From positions 620,001 through 684,000 of the forward strand of contig JAQGDQ010000062.1 in NCBI GenBank assembly GCA_030141605.1: DNA of 64,000 nucleotides, read 5' to 3'. The notes below the pieces were generated by a model. That model was not told the origin of the DNA. It searched no databases and saw nothing but the letters and a program-made list of their open reading frames with translations. The position numbers were made by a program, and so were the translations under genes. Of this stretch, positions 63,758 to 64,000 are shown in pieces (the stretch's first letter is position 1; the number at the start of each line of letters is the position of its first letter). The stretch comes from Tubiluchus corallicola. Lineage: Eukaryota > Animalia > Priapulida.

Positions 63758-64000
63758 CCTATTTGCAAACATTACCACAAAGGTCTAAACTGTAAGTTTG
63801 GGAAAAGTTGTTGGTACAGACACAACAAATTTGGACAAATGAAGGAAATCTGCTGGAAGTGGGAACATGGCAAATATTGTCATTATGGCAATAACTGTAA
63901 ATACTGGCATGAATCTCCTTGGGATAAGGATACAAATGTAGGAGGCAGGAATACCAGAATACAAATTGGGTTTAGAGACAAAATATATCATGGTCCGACA
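63755..64000 (+). CDS. Partial ORF with two tandem CCCH zinc fingers
   Basis: MPICKHYHKGLNCKFGKSCWYRH...ICWKWEHGKYCHYGNNCKYWH, two exact C-x8-C-x5-C-x3-H motifs; open to the window end; host gene or retroelement ORF unresolved. Confidence 0.7.
   Translation, partial: MPICKHYHKGLNCKFGKSCWYRHNKFGQMKEICWKWEHGKYCHYGNNCKYWHESPWDKDTNVGGRNTRIQIGFRDKIYHGPT

Overview
AT-rich eukaryotic DNA from an invertebrate animal (species not determinable), with spliceosomal GT-AG introns. Five well-supported host genes: a CLIC chloride intracellular channel (-), PRMT7 (-), NDUFV1 (+, 3 coding exons), a protein with 8 matrin/U1-type zinc fingers (-, 2 coding exons) and BTBD9 (-). Two genes are partial at the edges: a secreted protein at the left (signal peptide, microexon) and a tandem CCCH zinc-finger ORF running off the right. 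Most striking is the gene architecture. Genes that are intron-rich in vertebrates have intronless or nearly intronless CDSs, the surviving introns are all near the 5' end, and a splice acceptor lies 0-8 nt before the ATG. The rest is repeat-rich: a 4.3 kb CR1/L2-type LINE, decayed LINE fragments, Tc1/mariner, hAT and Ginger-like MITEs, 5S- and tRNA-derived fragments, minisatellites of 26-56 bp and microsatellites. Unusual structures include a 48-bp minisatellite amplified from an NDUFV1 exon/5' splice-site junction, an interleaved A-B-A'-B' inverted repeat, and a LINE 3' stem-loop showing covariation. All calls come from reading by eye; no searches were run.
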